From the NCBI GenBank assembly GCA_036172245.1, contig JAYWIR010000031.1, positions 620,001 to 684,000 of the forward strand: 64,000 nt of DNA. Direction: 5' to 3'. This document shows positions 50,201 through 62,200 of the stretch, in pieces. The translations under genes and the position numbers were made by a program. The stretch's first letter is position 1; each line of letters begins with the position of its first letter. The notes below the pieces were generated by a model. It ran no database searches. It was not told the DNA's origin and saw only the letters and a program-made list of their open reading frames with translations. This DNA is from Raillietiella orientalis (Eukaryota).

Positions 50201-50440
50201 GTTTCTGTGAAGTCTTCCAGCCATCGACACTCTCCCTAAAGTAAGGAACTCAGCGATGCTGTAAGAGTGAACTGCAAAAATATAAGCGACTGATTCCCTC
50301 TCGTGATTCGGGTACAGTCGTCAATCCACAGCCAAACTCCAGAAGCATGGTCTGTTAGCACTGTGAGTCGGTGGTAGTCGCAACTTCGAAATAACTAAAG
50401 GTGATCTCGGAACATTGGATGGCCCCAGGTTACCTTAAAC

Positions 50441-51050
50441 ACCGTGTGGCTACGGTCTCCGCACGTGACACCAGGCGTTACGGGTTCGAGTCCCGTTCGA
50501 CTCCAAGAAATGGGTGCGCCGCAGGCTTCGAGTCGCCCTTCGCGGAATGACGCTAGTTGATCCTATGTGCTCCAGGGCGGCTCACCGGATGTACCCGTTG
50601 ACTAGCCTGGATCGGAAGTGGGGGTCCTTCCAAGAATCAAGGAGCCGCTTCCTTTGGAAGGGTTTTCTTCGGTTGTGAAGAGGGAGCCGTACCATCGCGT
50701 ACCATGGAGCTGATTGATACCCCCCTCGAGCGTTTTTGGCTCTCCAGAGTGTCAGAAGTGCAATGCTCTTTTCGGAGAGCAGCCCCTAAGAGAAACTTGG
50801 AAGCGTCGCGTTCTCTTCGGAGGAGGAGGAAAGAGGGAGGGAGCTATTCCCTTGCAGTTTCCGTCCGGAGAAGAAATTCCAGGAGCGGATCCTTTCCGGG
50901 TTCCCTTCGGAGAAGAAACGAGGAGCGACTCCCTCCGGGGTTCCTTCCGGAGAAAACAAGGAAGAGGATCCCTTCGTCGTTTCATTCGGAGACAACCAGG
51001 GCGAGGGTTCCATTCAAAGTTCCCTACCAAGCGTAAGAGGAACGAAACAC
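50441..51050 (+). mobile_element. SINE-like element copy D
   Basis: ccgtgtggctacgg, then ACGGG-TTCGAGT-CCCGT (perfect T-arm, B box at 50483-50493), body, and six CGGAG-initiated units at 50773, 50818, 50866, 50908, 50948 and 50987. Confidence 0.85.
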
Positions 51051-53134
51051 TCTGTAAAAGCCTGGAGAAATGCATCTGTTCTTTTGGGAACATTCCCAAA
51101 GGAAGAATCTCCACCATCTGGGAGTCATGCTGGAGCAAGAAGATCTCCGAAAGCGATTTGAGAAACACCCGTTTCTTGAGATATGGCTGGTCCCAGCTTT
51201 TCAGAATGCAACGGTAGAGGAAATCTTCAAATATTTGGAGCGGAGTGATTCTGGTAAAGCTGTCGGCACTGTGGACGAGGATGGAAGCTGAACATCTGTG
51301 ATTCTAAAAGGTGTTTGCTTCATCTCTCTGCCATGCGCGCGCGCTCGAAATGTCCAAGTCGTTCCCAACCAAAAAGAGCCTTTTCTCTTCTGCGAATGCT
51401 GTACTCGAATGCGTTTCTCGATTAGGTCATCATCACCATAATCATCATCAGACAAGCAATTTCACCACTCTCTCTGAACCCTTTTGGTGAGGAGAAGAAA
51501 GAAACCGCACGAGTGGCAAGATACGGAAGGTCCATGCTCCTCATGCAGACCTTAGGTCCTCGTGACGTGCGGTCCACAGCTACCATCAGGTGTCTGGACG
51601 GAGATGACAAATGTTTGCTGCATCTATTCACAAGAGAAACGAACCTTGTAAGCCGAGGTAATGAGAAGTTGGCATCCCTTTGTAAACATCAAAAGAGATA
51701 TGAATTCGTTCCTAAAAATAGCTTGAGAAACGGTACATATTTCTGTTTGGAGATCCGAACAGAGCGATGGATTTGATAAGTAATCCAAACTGTGCTCTCC
51801 GAGAAACAAATGGGATTGTGATAGACGGGCGTCATCAGAGCTGAAAGGAAAATGCTCGACTGATGGTAACGGAAACCACGCTGAATCCGGATAAAGGTGG
51901 TTATTGTTTCTGTTAATGTGACTCACAGTGCTGCTGTAAGTCCACAGTTCACTGTGTCACTCTGAGTGGAGCCCAGACCCTCAGACAGAATCATGACCAA
52001 TCGTTTAACTTCCTGGGATTTCCTACCGCATGAGTTGTAGCTCGTCAGCAGAATTACGTCATCACCGAGTGCCAATTTGGTATTCACACCTACGATTGGC
52101 TTAACACCGATTTGGATTCTTCTACAAATTTGAATCGTGCCCACTGAGTTTTGTTTTGGATCAGGCTACATTCTTGTTCTAGTTACCCCCGGTTCCACCG
52201 TTTATGCCACATCTGCCACAGTTTTGCTCTGTCTGTTTCCATACACTCTTGAATTTTTCATCTCAAGACATCACACTGGGCATTTCAGTAGGTATTCTCG
52301 CAGTTTGCATCTTTCTTGCAACTTCATCATATGTATCAACTTCTCTTCCTAGATTTCTTCCCTTCTACTTCAAACAGCTAGAAATAACCCCAGCCCCAAA
52401 CCTCCCTCTTTTCTAACAAACAAGACATTTATTCACAATAAGAAATAATAATACCTCGCGTTTCCTGCTTCATCTGAGAGCCAAAGAAACGCCCTTTCTT
52501 TTCCTTGCTCCTACTGAAGCCGTGGAACTTCTCAGCTTCCATGGTAAAAGCAGCTAACCTTACTAGCAAACAAAAGTCATAGCCATATCATTGGAGTTTC
52601 CCTACCTATCCACCTTCTCATCAACAACCATGTTCTCCATGCATAAAGCCCTATTCTTTGCTGTGTCCTTTTTCTGCAACAGTGCAGCAAATCATGGATA
52701 CTGGAACCAACTTTAGCAACTTTTGCATTCTCTTCTGCTGGATTTCAGATCCATGTGGAGCATGAAACAGTACCTCTCCTCAGGTTGCTTCCATCTCCTT
52801 TAAGAGCAGCTTCCTCTGCGATTTTTGTTATCAAAAAAAAGCAATGGAAAAGCAAACTGAAAATGGAAACAGATACTTACGTTGGCCAGCAACTGTTCAT
52901 TTGACGACGGAAGCACTTTACCTTCTAGATGGTTCTTTCTTGTAATCCCGATGTTTTCTATAAAAGTAATATTCATTATGATCAAGTTTTTAGAAGGTAT
53001 CTCTTCCACATCTGCTGCCGCCGAGTGATTTTAGATTCTTGTTTTCCATTGCGTGATCATGAATGAAGCTTAAATAAACAAACACCCCCCCAAAAATAGC
53101 CTATACAGAGCGTGTATGGAATCTTAAGCAACGT

Positions 53135-53563
53135 GGCAGAAGACTTTTTGAAGAAATTGCACGAAACGATCTCTACTAAGAGATGATGATGTACGAGGAG
53201 CGTTTTCCTCACATTCCAGACAATTCGAAAATTCGGATGAAAACTCTTTGATCACCCAGTCCTGACCTCGCCCCCGTTGACTACCACGTCTTCCTGCAGC
53301 TCCAGAAGTGGCTCGACGATTCGAGGGGGAGAGTGAGGAGTTGAAAACTGCAGTGCTGCTGAGCTCTTAGAAGGCGGGACTTCATGCAGAGGGTTTCAAA
53401 AAGCTCGTTCTGCGGTGTCAAAAGCGTTTGGGGAAAAATGGTGGTGACTACGTGGAAAAATGACACGGGGGTGTACGTGTCTCGAACCACCAATACACCT
53501 TTGTTCCTCTCCTTTGTTCTTTCTTTATATTCGTTCGGCCTTACTTTTGAGACGAACCTCTTA
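53135..53563 (+). mobile_element. mariner-family transposon relic (transposase C-terminus and right TIR)
   Basis: FLKKLHETISTKR, FG*KLFDHP/SPDLAPVDYHVFLQLQKWL (the YSPDLAPxDY motif), GFKKLVLRCQK..GDYVEK*, then a TIR-like cggccttacttttgagacgaacctct|ta. Confidence 0.85.
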
Positions 53564-54329
53564 GTGGAGACCTCTTCCCTTATTCTAGATCATCCTGCAG
53601 ATGAACATACGAGTCCAACTGCTTGGCCCCTGAACGCGAAATCGCAGCCACCCTTCATCTTTTACGGCAGCAAGGAGACTTCAGTTGCACTAGCTAATGA
53701 CTGAATGAAATTTTGCACATCATTTAGGAACAATGATCAACGCAAAACAAATGACTGTCAGCTCGCAAGGTTGCGATAAAAAGAAATCATGGAGTGAAGT
53801 CCATCATCGGAAAAAAAGCAATGCTTGGAAATGTGGCGGTGAAAGATCGAGTTATAATTAGGTTCTCTTGGAAGTCTCACAGAAATCTATAAGAAAGAGA
53901 AATGGTCTGCATTGGTCTAAATATTCCATTTTTCTTATAGGTGGAATTTTTTCAAGGTCATCAAAGTTTTTTTTTTTTTCTATTGGAAGTGTAGAAAGCG
54001 GGTCAGGACTTCTTCGTTTGCATTAATTTTGAATTATCATCAGCAAATCACTGATCAGAACAAACATGAAATGAGTCCATCAAAGTGCCACGTAACTCGA
54101 GAAGGAAAAAAAGGGGGAAGAAGGTGGTAAGAAGTTTCCTAACGAGTGCTTTACTCCCTGATCCACAGCAAAGAATGTGAAGTCACGCACTTCCTCTATT
54201 GGAAGCATTTTTGATCATTTACTCAAGCAATGAGAAATTCCAAGCATCCTAGCTCCAGACAGGTTTTGAATTTGCCTTAAGCATTTCAAGGACGCTCATG
54301 GGCTGACGGGATCATGGGGTGGAAGAAGA

Positions 54330-54925
54330 TGCTTATACAGATCCCCTACAAGGAGATTTGCGGGTGGCATTCAGTTCCCCACCACGAACAGATGCTTCTA
54401 GACTTCCAGACCGGCACCTGTGGCTGCGTTACGCAAAGACGCTTGGTGCACCGAAGGACAATCCCAGGGACGTGATGAAGCGCCTCTTCGATGCCCTTTC
54501 GCCTGCCGCATCCTCAGCAGCTCTTTGCTACTGCCTACATGGGGTTGTGGAGGCCTGGAGCTATACGAAAGGAGGATGGCACGAGAGGGATGCCATCTGC
54601 TTCACCCTGTACTTCCTCCGGACGGCAGAATGATGGCTCCACCTGGGGCATACTCGGATGGAACTTGCCGGCATCCTGGAAAGGAAGCAGAGGAAGCCAC
54701 CCAGTGGACAGTGATCCCTTCCCGTGCCCCCCAGAGTTTTCTGCTGTCATTTACTTTTATTTTTATCTTCGTTTACCCCTTCCCCTTCGGTTGCCGAGGC
54801 GAACTTAGCCGGCCTGCGTGCCAGTTACTCGGCAGGTTCCGAACATTTTCGGACGTCGTAGGGCCGATGACCCTACACACTTGTACGTGTAATTTCATAA
54901 TAAACGCCCCGGAGCTACCGGGTGC
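54330..54925 (+). mobile_element. 5'-truncated L1/Tx1-like LINE 3' end (third copy of the family)
   Basis: RDVMKRLFDALSPAASSAALCYCLHGVVEAWSYTKGGWHERDAICFTLYFLR is homologous to the other two copies. Same 3'-UTR hairpins, AATAAA at 54899. Confidence 0.8.
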
Positions 54926-57900
54926 ATGAAAGTGCGCGAAGCTGCCCGTGACGCATCGTGTGCGTACTCCTCTCCAGGTCGCTCGGTTAGAACGAATGCT
55001 GGTGACTTCGGGGGATCAAGGAAACCCGATAGCGCGCGGCCTCTTACGCATCCACTCGCTCCAGAGACCTCTTTCATCGCGCCAAATCACGCACAGCCGA
55101 GTGCAATTTATTTTCCGAAATGAGCGGCGGACTAGAAACTCTGCTCCTTCGCCGGTCCTTACTTTGCATCCCAGAGAAAACGAATTTCGAAACGAATCCG
55201 GAAATTCAGAGGAGTGCTCTGGATAATTTCATCCCGGTCTCAGAAAAGTCTTCTGCTAAATGAATTGGAATCAAGACTGATCACATCACAATGTTATGGA
55301 TGCTTTTCCATTACGGTGTAGTATCAGCTAGAGATTGATGATGAAAACCGCTCGAGCAAACGTGAATGCCCTTGGAGTTCTCATTTCAAAGGAAACATCC
55401 ATCTTCGGTACTCTTGGTATCCTTGCAAGCTAATGGCACTATTGTTTTTCGATTAGGATGTTTTCAGAGTAGAGAAAAAGAATTCCTTGGAAGATCAAAG
55501 ATCATACCCGTTTCATCTCGATGCGATTACCCTTTTAACTTTTTCTGTCTGTCCTGAGCTGGAGACAAGCAGGTCAAAAGCTTTTAACTGTCAAAGGAGA
55601 AATCCTGCTACTCACCCCAAATAAAGGAGATGAATCTGCTGTTATGAGCTTTCAAAGGGATGAAGCAGCACCAATGCTCGAGTTGTTTTGTAGAGTGAAA
55701 AGAGCGATACAGATCTTGTTTGTTTTGAATCCAAAAACAAATCACTTCAATCTTGTGTATCTGTTTGCCCATTTACCTAATGCATTCCAAGAATCAAATG
55801 GGAATAAGACCTGGATTGTCTACGTATGATGATGGGACTGTTGTTCAGATTGCAATATTGTAAAACGAAAGAGTCGAAAGGGATTGGTGTGAGTCTGCAT
55901 GGACCTCACCGTGGAAGGCCCTCCAATGAAAACGACAATAAGCAGCAAGCAGATACTTTCGAAGCTCGTATTCTTCTTATCTTTGCAGAATTTCAAGGAA
56001 CAGTTTTACCATTGAGGAAGTTTCCAAAGATTTATTGCAACTGAGCTACCTAAAATGTCAGAACGTAGATAAGGCACATTATGATGACAAAATTACGTGA
56101 ACGCAGATGTTTGAGAAACCCTATTCGTATCTTCCATTTTTCTATGTGTTTTCATCACTTTTTTGTTTAGGTACGCAAAGCAACTATCTGCGGCGTCAAG
56201 AGAGAACGCATATGCTCGAAAAAATTGATGATTTGCATCTTTCACTTCCGGCAACTGGATGTGAAAAGCAGCAGGTTCATGGATGGATCCTTAGTTGAAC
56301 CACCTCTGAAAATCTTCGGAACCCCTCGTCTCTCATCCTCAAATCTTGAAGAATACAAACGTAGATTCGACACATCATTTCCTGTCCATTCACTCCGTCT
56401 ACGTTCCTTTTCCTTGAAATTTATCTCGATGGTCCACCCTCGTGTGGTCCGTTCGGTACTACTCATCTTCTGCCTCCAGGGGAAAAAAAAAGAATTCTTC
56501 CTTGGTGATGAAATCCTTGATACGACCGAAGTTTCCTCCTCGAGTTCCCATCCATTTTCGTCCTGGAATTCCACATTGCTATTCCGTGTCGCCGTCCTCT
56601 CCAGATATGCTTCTCCGCGAACTAATTCCACTTTCCATTAGAACGTATTCCACACAGACGCATTTCTTACTTGGTTTCTTTCGAGCGTCAGAGGAAAAAA
56701 GAGAAACGAACATTCCATTATATCCGGGAACCTGGAATGCATCCCTCAACATCGAACCAGCAGTCATCACGGGAACTTCTACTCGTCTGAAAGGAACAGA
56801 GGAGTTTCAAAACGCAAGCGAAAGCCATCGTGGTGAAGGCGATTTGGTACTCGGAGGTATTTCGGTGGTGTACGACCTTCGCCTTGTGCTCGCACTTCAT
56901 TTCAAGATTTCCGCTCCAATTCTGTTGTCACCGTCTGCGTGTTCTCTTGGAAATTACAGGGAACCATCCACAATAATTTCAGCGTGATGCAGGACATTTC
57001 AAAAGCGGCAATACAGTAAATCTGCTCCTCTGGAAGTCTCGTTTCCGTTTCCATTACGTACCGACTGTGAGTGTCTCATTAGTCCCTAACTCGGCTAACT
57101 TATGTTCCTTCACCGAAGGCCCTGCACCGCTCGATTACCAGTTGAACGAGAATATGAAATCGCATTTTATCAACCCTTAGGATTCAATAGCATTTTGGAG
57201 ACCCATTACTTCTTGCAGCCTGACTGTCCCTAAAGCCAATTTATGTTTTCTTGGCATCCAGGAAGGTTCGGTGTCCTCCACTCGTAACCTCAAACGCATT
57301 GCCAAAAGCAAATCTGCGTAAGGAGTGTTTTCGCACTGATCCTAATGTGAAATAACATCATCGTTATTCGAATAAACCACAATGATAGCAATTCTCAACG
57401 TCTTCTTTCCTTTATTGAACCGAGTCATCTTGCGTATCCTATGCATTCATGTTGATCTTATGTATTGAACGGACTGCGGTTGAGATGCTGAAAAGATGAA
57501 AGCATGAGCGCAACAGTCCAACGTCTCTTGGGAATTAGAAGAGGCTTTCGAAGGTGAAACAGCAGTGACCTTCTACGCTGATCCGCTTATTTGAATGAAA
57601 CTAATGAGCTTGCTAACTGTACCAGATGCATCAGAATGTTCAAATAGTCCACAGCCGTTTGTTTGCGCTGCAAAAGTAATTTGTTTGAAATGCTGCCTCA
57701 AAACAGCTCCCTAAATATGCGCACAAGTGAATTCTGGTGTTTTCATCGTGCAGCCATCATTTTAGAGGGGGAGCGAGGGGTCACAACACAAAATTTAAAC
57801 GAAAGTTTAGTCAACCCAGATTGATCCTCTCCAGGCTTCGATTCCTTTTCTTCCTGCTGCAAAGTGACCTTTTTTTGTTAAAATTTTTCTTCACTCTTTG

Positions 57901-58226
57901 CAAATATTTTTAATAAATTGCTTAGATTGCCATGCAGTGTACTCTCGCTACTTGCACTCTATTGCTCCCGTGTTTTCCGATTGTTTCCATCCGATCTGCA
58001 ACCTTTCCCGTTTCTAAGACTCCCACGTACCAGATCTTGCAGTGCTGCCGCTGGAATGTTGCCACACCTCTCGATTGCTACTCTTTCCTTGATAAGATCC
58101 TATGAGAGGTCCTCCACTGCTGCCTATTTTGCTTTTCATACGATCTTTCGATGAATTAGCGCAACTGCGATGGAGGAGGCTCAGTGCATCCGAAACAGTG
58201 TGTGGTAACTGAGGTGGCAGCTCTTT

Positions 58227-58289
58227 ATACATTCGTACACAGACTCAAACAGTCCTCATACATTCGTGCACAGACTGAACCCGTCGTTC
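58227..58289. repeat. Two-copy 31-bp tandem repeat
   Basis: atacattcgtacacagactcaaacagtcctc followed by atacattcgtgcacagactgaacccgtcgttc. Confidence 0.8.
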
Positions 58290-59024
58290 AGTGATGGGCA
58301 AGTCCACCTCATATAAAACGCATGCGTTCTAGTGCATCATTTTTTCAAGAGAAAAGGAAGCTGGTAGCTGTAATAACAAACGATACGAAATATTGTGGCA
58401 GTTTTGGGGAAGCAAAACACAGGGAGGATTCCTTCAAAAAAGTCAGCTCGGACTGCTCTCGTGGCAACCATCGCCGTACCTGAAGAATTTCTCCAAGCAA
58501 GTAAATCTTGTCAGCTAGAACAGAAAATGGAAGTCATATGGGGCAGATTCCTCTCTCGAGCATTCAGGTGCCGTTGTCTTAAAGCTTACAGCGATTTGAG
58601 CACTGCTGGAGGCGAAATCCCGTTGTGGCCTGCTTTGTTTGCAGAAGCAATAAGCTGAACCAAGTCTTGAAAAATCTTCGATTTTTCCATCACATCAGAT
58701 CTACTTATAATTATGAGCCATATCCTATCATACGTTTTGAGCTTAAACATCAATCAGATATTAGGAGACTGTTTATTCACAATTGAGATAAATGATACAC
58801 CACGGTAAAAGAATTTATTAACTTACGTTGGCTGATACCCCTGCAAGACTTGAGTAGGATACCTCAGAAAGATGCACGACCCAAACTTAATGTGGGGATG
58901 CTAGAAAAGGGTTTCCGCGTGGTGCCTTGAAGAAAGATCAAGAGACAACATTAGAACTTCATGAATTGCAGCCAATGGATCCGACCGTGTTCGGTGCAAC
59001 CCCCAATAAGAAACAGAACGCTGC

Positions 59025-59200
59025 TTGGCAACGGTGTTCCAGAATCCATTATCTGTGACAAGAACGGTGTTCTTGGAACAGATTTCCACGCCAAGAATGC
59101 TCCAGTAGATCAGAACCGAAAGCTGCACAAGCGATTCGGAATTTTGTCCACATGCTGCAGTAGCTTTCCAAAGTACAAAGGCCATCCACAGAGCTACATG
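59025..59200 (+). mobile_element. LTR-retrotransposon (Ty3/Gypsy-like) integrase core fragment
   Basis: GVPESIICDKNG..F..LHKRFGI..GHPQS resembles the rve motif GxPxxIxSDNG..F..GI..PYHPQS. Confidence 0.55.
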
Positions 59201-62200
59201 GATGTTCCCAAGCAGATTCGGTTTTGATTGAAGGACGATTTACCTTAAGCAAAAAGTGCCACAGGACGCAAGATTATTTTCAGTTTGTGGCATGCATTCG
59301 TCTAATGGAGTACTATCATTGCGAATGATGGTACTGTACCATCGTGAAGCCGCGTTGCCATACGGTTTCTGTGTTTTGAGGGTCCCGCGGCAGTTAAACT
59401 CTTCGACGAGTACAGGAACCGTTCCCATGAATGCAAATAAGTTGAGAAAATGTGCCCAAATGCACTCAGAAACTGAAAGCTGGCCAGAACGTCAACGGTG
59501 TCAATAAAAGACCACGAGCCAGGGACCACCAAATTTTATGCATTTAGGCATTTCTTATATTTGCATATCTTTCGTCTTGCATTCACATTTGCCTTTCGCA
59601 ATAGTTGTTTTTATATAAACTTGAGATTTCATCGCACTTTTCAGAGAGTGTATCCGAATGCTTCCCCATAGTAGTGGAACCTGTAGCTTCTATTAACTGC
59701 TCGCCATGTGATGTTCATTTTCCGTCAGTGAAGAAATTTAACAGTTGCTCGAAAGTTTAGTACCTTTGAATTTTACATAAGCACATGTGCATTACTACTC
59801 TCTTGAGCAGATATGTACAGCATAGTTTTACATCTTTTGCTTCAGGAGTGCCTTGCGGATCCATCCGGTGCAAAAGTTCTGGCTTGCCGCGCCACTTTCT
59901 GGGTTTTTAAAGAGGCCTCCTAAACACCTTGCAATTTCTTGGTATACACATGCAATCCCGTCTCTCACTTTCAAATAAGGAAGATCGAAGCTGTGGGAGG
60001 AACTTTTGGTAAGGCACGGTTCTTTCTGTGGAAACAGCGATCGCTTGCTCGGAAATTCTTCATGAACTGAAGGGTGAGGGAACCGAACTCATTTTAAAGA
60101 AGTGCCTTTCCCAGTCGATGAAGGCAAGAAATCCCGCACCGTTTTTTTTCTGGGTGCTTTTAGTAGCATTTCCGGTTTTGATTCCACCGAAGTGTGAAAG
60201 GATGCATCTGCAAGCCAAAAGTCTTCAGGAACTAAGGGTGTTCTCATTCAACATGCTCATTTTTGCGAAACAGCTTTTGCACTTGAAGGAAAAGTTGCTC
60301 GAGAAAACCGCAGCACTTTTCCATCTCATCTCCAAATGATTGCGTCAAAGTAATAATATGCTACTAGCTGTCCTTTGGAAATCATCACTATCAGAAAATG
60401 CGGAAGATCTGTGTTTGTCGGTCCATTTCAGTGCATTTAAAACTTGCATCGGTTGAATTTGGTTCAGGATGTAGCAAGTACATTTTTTAGTTTCGATTAC
60501 ATTGATATAAGAAATAACACAATGAAATTAGAGAAAAATATGAAACGTTGATAATTAGATGGATGATCGAGAGACTTTGGAATCACCCCAGAAAGCCCTA
60601 ACGACTCCCATGATGGAGACATGAATCATTCATGGATGCGTTTTGCAGATGCCAAACTTGATTTCATGTTTTCACTCTATTTAAAAATCCAACTGAAAAA
60701 GTGTGTTTAACAGAATCGTTCCTAATTAATATGTTACATCAATTCCTACATTCGTGAAGGAGAACTATGACAGTTTAGAATGCAGTTTGCTGCACTCGAA
60801 AGTTCCCCCGAACTATTTCAGGCACACAGACTGCTACAAAAAGCAGTGGTTGGATTTCAAGGAACTGGGAGTGATTACTACAGAAGGTGGAATCTCCCGA
60901 CGTTTTCTTCTCTCCATGCTCCTCCATGTAAAAGCGAAGCCAGTGATTGTGTTTCCTAGAGCTGAAGGTTGTTCGCAGCGAACAACACGTGTGTAAGACG
61001 CTCCGAGTTGTTGAACTTCCCTTGGAATTCATCTCATTTCCTCAGGTGGAATAAGAATGCATGGCAAGAGTAACTTATTTGCTTCACCATGGTGATAGTG
61101 ATGCTCTTGTATTCTGGCAACATTTCTGAGCAAAAAATTGGGATGTGACAAGGAAAAAATAAGTTCAATGAAAGGGAATTCACAAACTGGGAAGGCTCCC
61201 GGAAAAATTATTCCATGTGCATCGAGTGGATCATGGAAAACTGCATGCGAGGAGATGGAATACGTAAACTGTTGAGGTACTGAAACCGATTTAGCATGCA
61301 AATACAATCCCCGAATCACATAGAAGGTTAGCGAATCGATTTTGCAGCCATTTGGTTACTTTTCAGGATAAAGGATCTATTTGCGTGTTGTTTGGGTTGC
61401 ATCGCTGGAGAAACTTGAGATTTAGAATTAAGCTACACATTCAATGCTGAAAATCTTGCTGTAAGCCGCATCTGCTGGTTCCAAAGGCTATTCTCATCTT
61501 CGGTATCCAGCTGCCCCGAAAATCATGAAATCCCATTCAGAAAGTTGTTGCGTTTACTCTTAAGAGTGATCTTCCACGCAACTCGAAACTGAAAAGCGCG
61601 CGAAACAGTAAATGGGACTTTTATTTCTTAAAAATCGTCTCAAGATCTCGAACAGAGAAACAAACCAACAGAGTGCAAGATGGACTTAATAACTGTACTT
61701 ACATTCCGAGTGTTCGGGATTAGGTCAAGACAAGAATCGTTATTTCCACGGAAGAATCGCTGTTTCCACTTTCCGGCAGAAGTTCTAATGCTGAGCTGGC
61801 TCAGAATGAACAATCTCAATACAGCAGGTGCAGCTACATTGAGGATTTGGGATGCTTCTTTCCCTTGCTGCCCCGCCAAACCAGACTGTTTCTGTGCATC
61901 AGTGCATCAGAGACTGCAGCTTGCTGATGCATCTTTTCGGTGAAACCACGTGGCAGTTGCGATTGCTTTGGGTTCTTTCGAGGTGTGAGGAAAGAACAAG
62001 GAGATGTCCGAACACAACAAGCAGCAGATTGAGTGAGAGTAAGGGTGAGAGAATTGTAAGTTTTCAGACCCAAAGGAACGAGAAAGAGCTGTAAATAAGT
62101 CGGCACAGAAAAACAAGAAAATGCTTCCTTCTGGAAAAGCTATGGAGCCATCAGAGTCAGCGGCCACTGTAGGAATGATCATTTGAAAGGATCCCAGCCC

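Noticed and set aside
50441..50510. Functional tRNA gene
   Set aside because: The T-arm is good, but no convincing acceptor or anticodon stems and no T-run terminator; it continues into the SINE body and has decayed homologues.
50773..51030. CRISPR-like appearance of regularly spaced repeats
   Set aside because: Units are degenerate over their whole length with no unique spacers, there are no cas genes, the context is eukaryotic, and the array lies inside a dispersed repeat.
56470..56590. Serine-protease-like CG..RI..FPW on the minus strand
   Set aside because: No IVGG, no TAAHC or GDSGG motifs; depends on a homopolymer frame.
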